DNA of 64,000 nucleotides from Callorhinchus milii (taxonomy: Eukaryota). The position numbers were made by a program, and so were the translations under genes. Below the pieces are notes generated by a model. That model searched no databases. It was not told the DNA's origin and was given only the letters and a program-made list of their open reading frames with translations. Shown in pieces: positions 62,332-64,000 of this stretch. The stretch's first letter is position 1. Every line of letters begins with the position of its first letter. The stretch spans positions 68,884,001 through 68,948,000 of the forward strand of contig NW_024704742.1 in NCBI RefSeq assembly GCF_018977255.1. Direction: 5' to 3'.

Positions 62332-62588
62332 GTAACAAAATGTCAGAATCAAGTCCACTCTCTGTGAATGTCTAAGTAATCCACTTCTTGTGCCAGGTAG
62401 GTACACAGTATTCCCGGGCACTGCTCATGACAGCCCAGTCAGCCTGGCTTATCAATAGCACATAGAGGGGTAGACTGATCACTGGGGCCGGATTCTTTCC
62501 ACTCAGCTCCTGTTAACCCTGAAAGCCAAATCCCTGATGGGTAGGGTGTCCTAGCTTGTCAAGCAGCGAGAAAGCTTGCCATAATTTT

Positions 62589-63015
62589 GTCAGCCTGGCT
62601 CAGTGGTAGTGCTCTCACCTCTGAGTCAAAAGGTTGTGGATTCAAACCCCACGCCAGGACTTGGAATCACATAGTCTAAGCTGACACCACAATGCAGTAC
62701 TGGGTTGAGTTGCAGTGTCGAAGGTGCCGTCCTTCGGATGAGATGTTAAATTGAGGTCCCATCTACCTGTTCAGGTGGATGTTAAAGATCCCATGGCGCT
62801 ATTTGAAAGGAGAAGGAAGTTTCTCTCTCCCAGTGTCCTGGCCAACTAATTCCCCAAATAAAATTGGTCACTCACCCCATGACTGTTTGGGGACATTACT
62901 GTGCACAACTGGCTGCCATGTTTTGCTCACAAAATACAGTCAAAACCACATGACAGCATACCCTGTGGTGCCCCTTAAGATGTCTCGACAACGTGATAAG
63001 GCTCTGTATCAAATC
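62589..63015 (+). mobile_element. Deu-domain SINE, full length (truncates a family B copy at 62390-62580)
   Basis: TGGCTCAGTGG A box, Deu core, tail. Confidence 0.9.
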
Positions 63016-63749
63016 TACTGCCCTACTATCTCCAGCACTGGGAGTCAGCACTAGGGATCAGCACCAGGGCTCAGCTTTCGGCCATTCTCCCTCTGGAATT
63101 CCATCCAGGAGTCCCTTTCCTCACTACCCTCGTTCAAGCCCATTTCCTGACATACCTCTTTGACATCCGTTACTGTGAAGTGCTCTGAGACGCCCCAGGC
63201 ACGGAGGGCACTATATAAATCCAAGTTGTTGTTGTTGTTGACTGCACTTTCGGTCACCTTTCCTTTTCCCAGCCCTCTTGGCTCCCCACACCCTCAGCTC
63301 GGATGCCCAGCCAGCAGTCTGAAGTATTTTGAGTTGTTCTCCCAATGTGAAAGAGGTTGTATAAACATCAATTATGTTGTTGTTATTTCAGTTTCCAATC
63401 AAAAAAGACTCAATGTAATAAGAATCCTTGCATGTGATTCCATGATAGAGCTTATAACATCAAAATGTCTCAGAGCATTTCACAGATAATTGTTGTCAAG
63501 TGCAATGACAGTGTATTTGTAGAAAAATGCAGAAGCCAATTCCCAGAGAGCAAGACTCTTAAAGCAGCATACCAATTTTATCTGGGGGGATTCTTCGTGG
63601 GAGGTTGTAGGAGGGCACAGGTCACACCCGCAAAACAAAACTTGCACAAGGATTTTAACAATAAGAAAGATTTATTTTGAAAAGGAAGCTCTATCTTTTA
63701 AATCCATCTTCTCCAGACTCCCTTTATTTCTCTCCAGCAACCATCAACA

Positions 63750-64000
63750 CCAACAACAACTTGCATTTATATGGCGCGCCTCACGCTAGGCAGCATCCCA
63801 GAGCTCTTGACAGTGGCTGAGCACAACACCGAGCCAGGGGGAGGTGACCATAGGCACCGTCGAAGAGGAAGATCTTCAGCCGCGACCTGAAGATGGGGAA
63901 GGAAGGGGCAAGACGGAGGAATAGAGGAAGCATGTTCCAGAGTTTCGGGGCATAGTGGCTGAAAGGGCAGCCACCAATGGTGGAACAGAGCGCACGAGAG
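63750..64000 (-). mobile_element. Older L2 subfamily 3' end, runs off the window
   Basis: (AAC)n tail, L2 3' UTR. Confidence 0.85.

Overview
Eukaryotic, repeat-dominated genomic DNA. The repeat complement points to a cartilaginous fish, probably a chimaera or elephant-shark-like genome (inference). It includes L2-clade LINEs with (TTG)n tails, shark-type CR1 3' ends, Deu-domain SINEs and a tRNA-Ala-headed SINE. I found no intact named host gene, rRNA, true tRNA or CRISPR array. The main elements are two near-full-length, frameshifted single-ORF L2 LINEs (~546-4180 +; 40608-43945 -, nested in a CR1), several truncated L2/CR1 copies and dozens of SINEs; only representative SINEs are listed. Less expected items are: (1) a peroxiredoxin (PRDX1/2) coding fragment fused to scrambled L2 sequence; (2) a 58-bp fold-back palindrome plus duplication inside an L2; (3) a fossil R4/Dong/Rex6-type REL-endonuclease retroelement; (4) an unclassified, 3'-anchored retroposon with about 13 copies; (5) Tc1/mariner and hAT MITEs; (6) a chain of phase-compatible, splice-bounded + strand exon candidates in the unique spacers, several with nonsense codons. 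Item 6 suggests an unidentified decaying multi-exon gene, and an RFX/MYB-like CpG-rich element lies upstream of it. Repeat boundaries were set by eye and are approximate.
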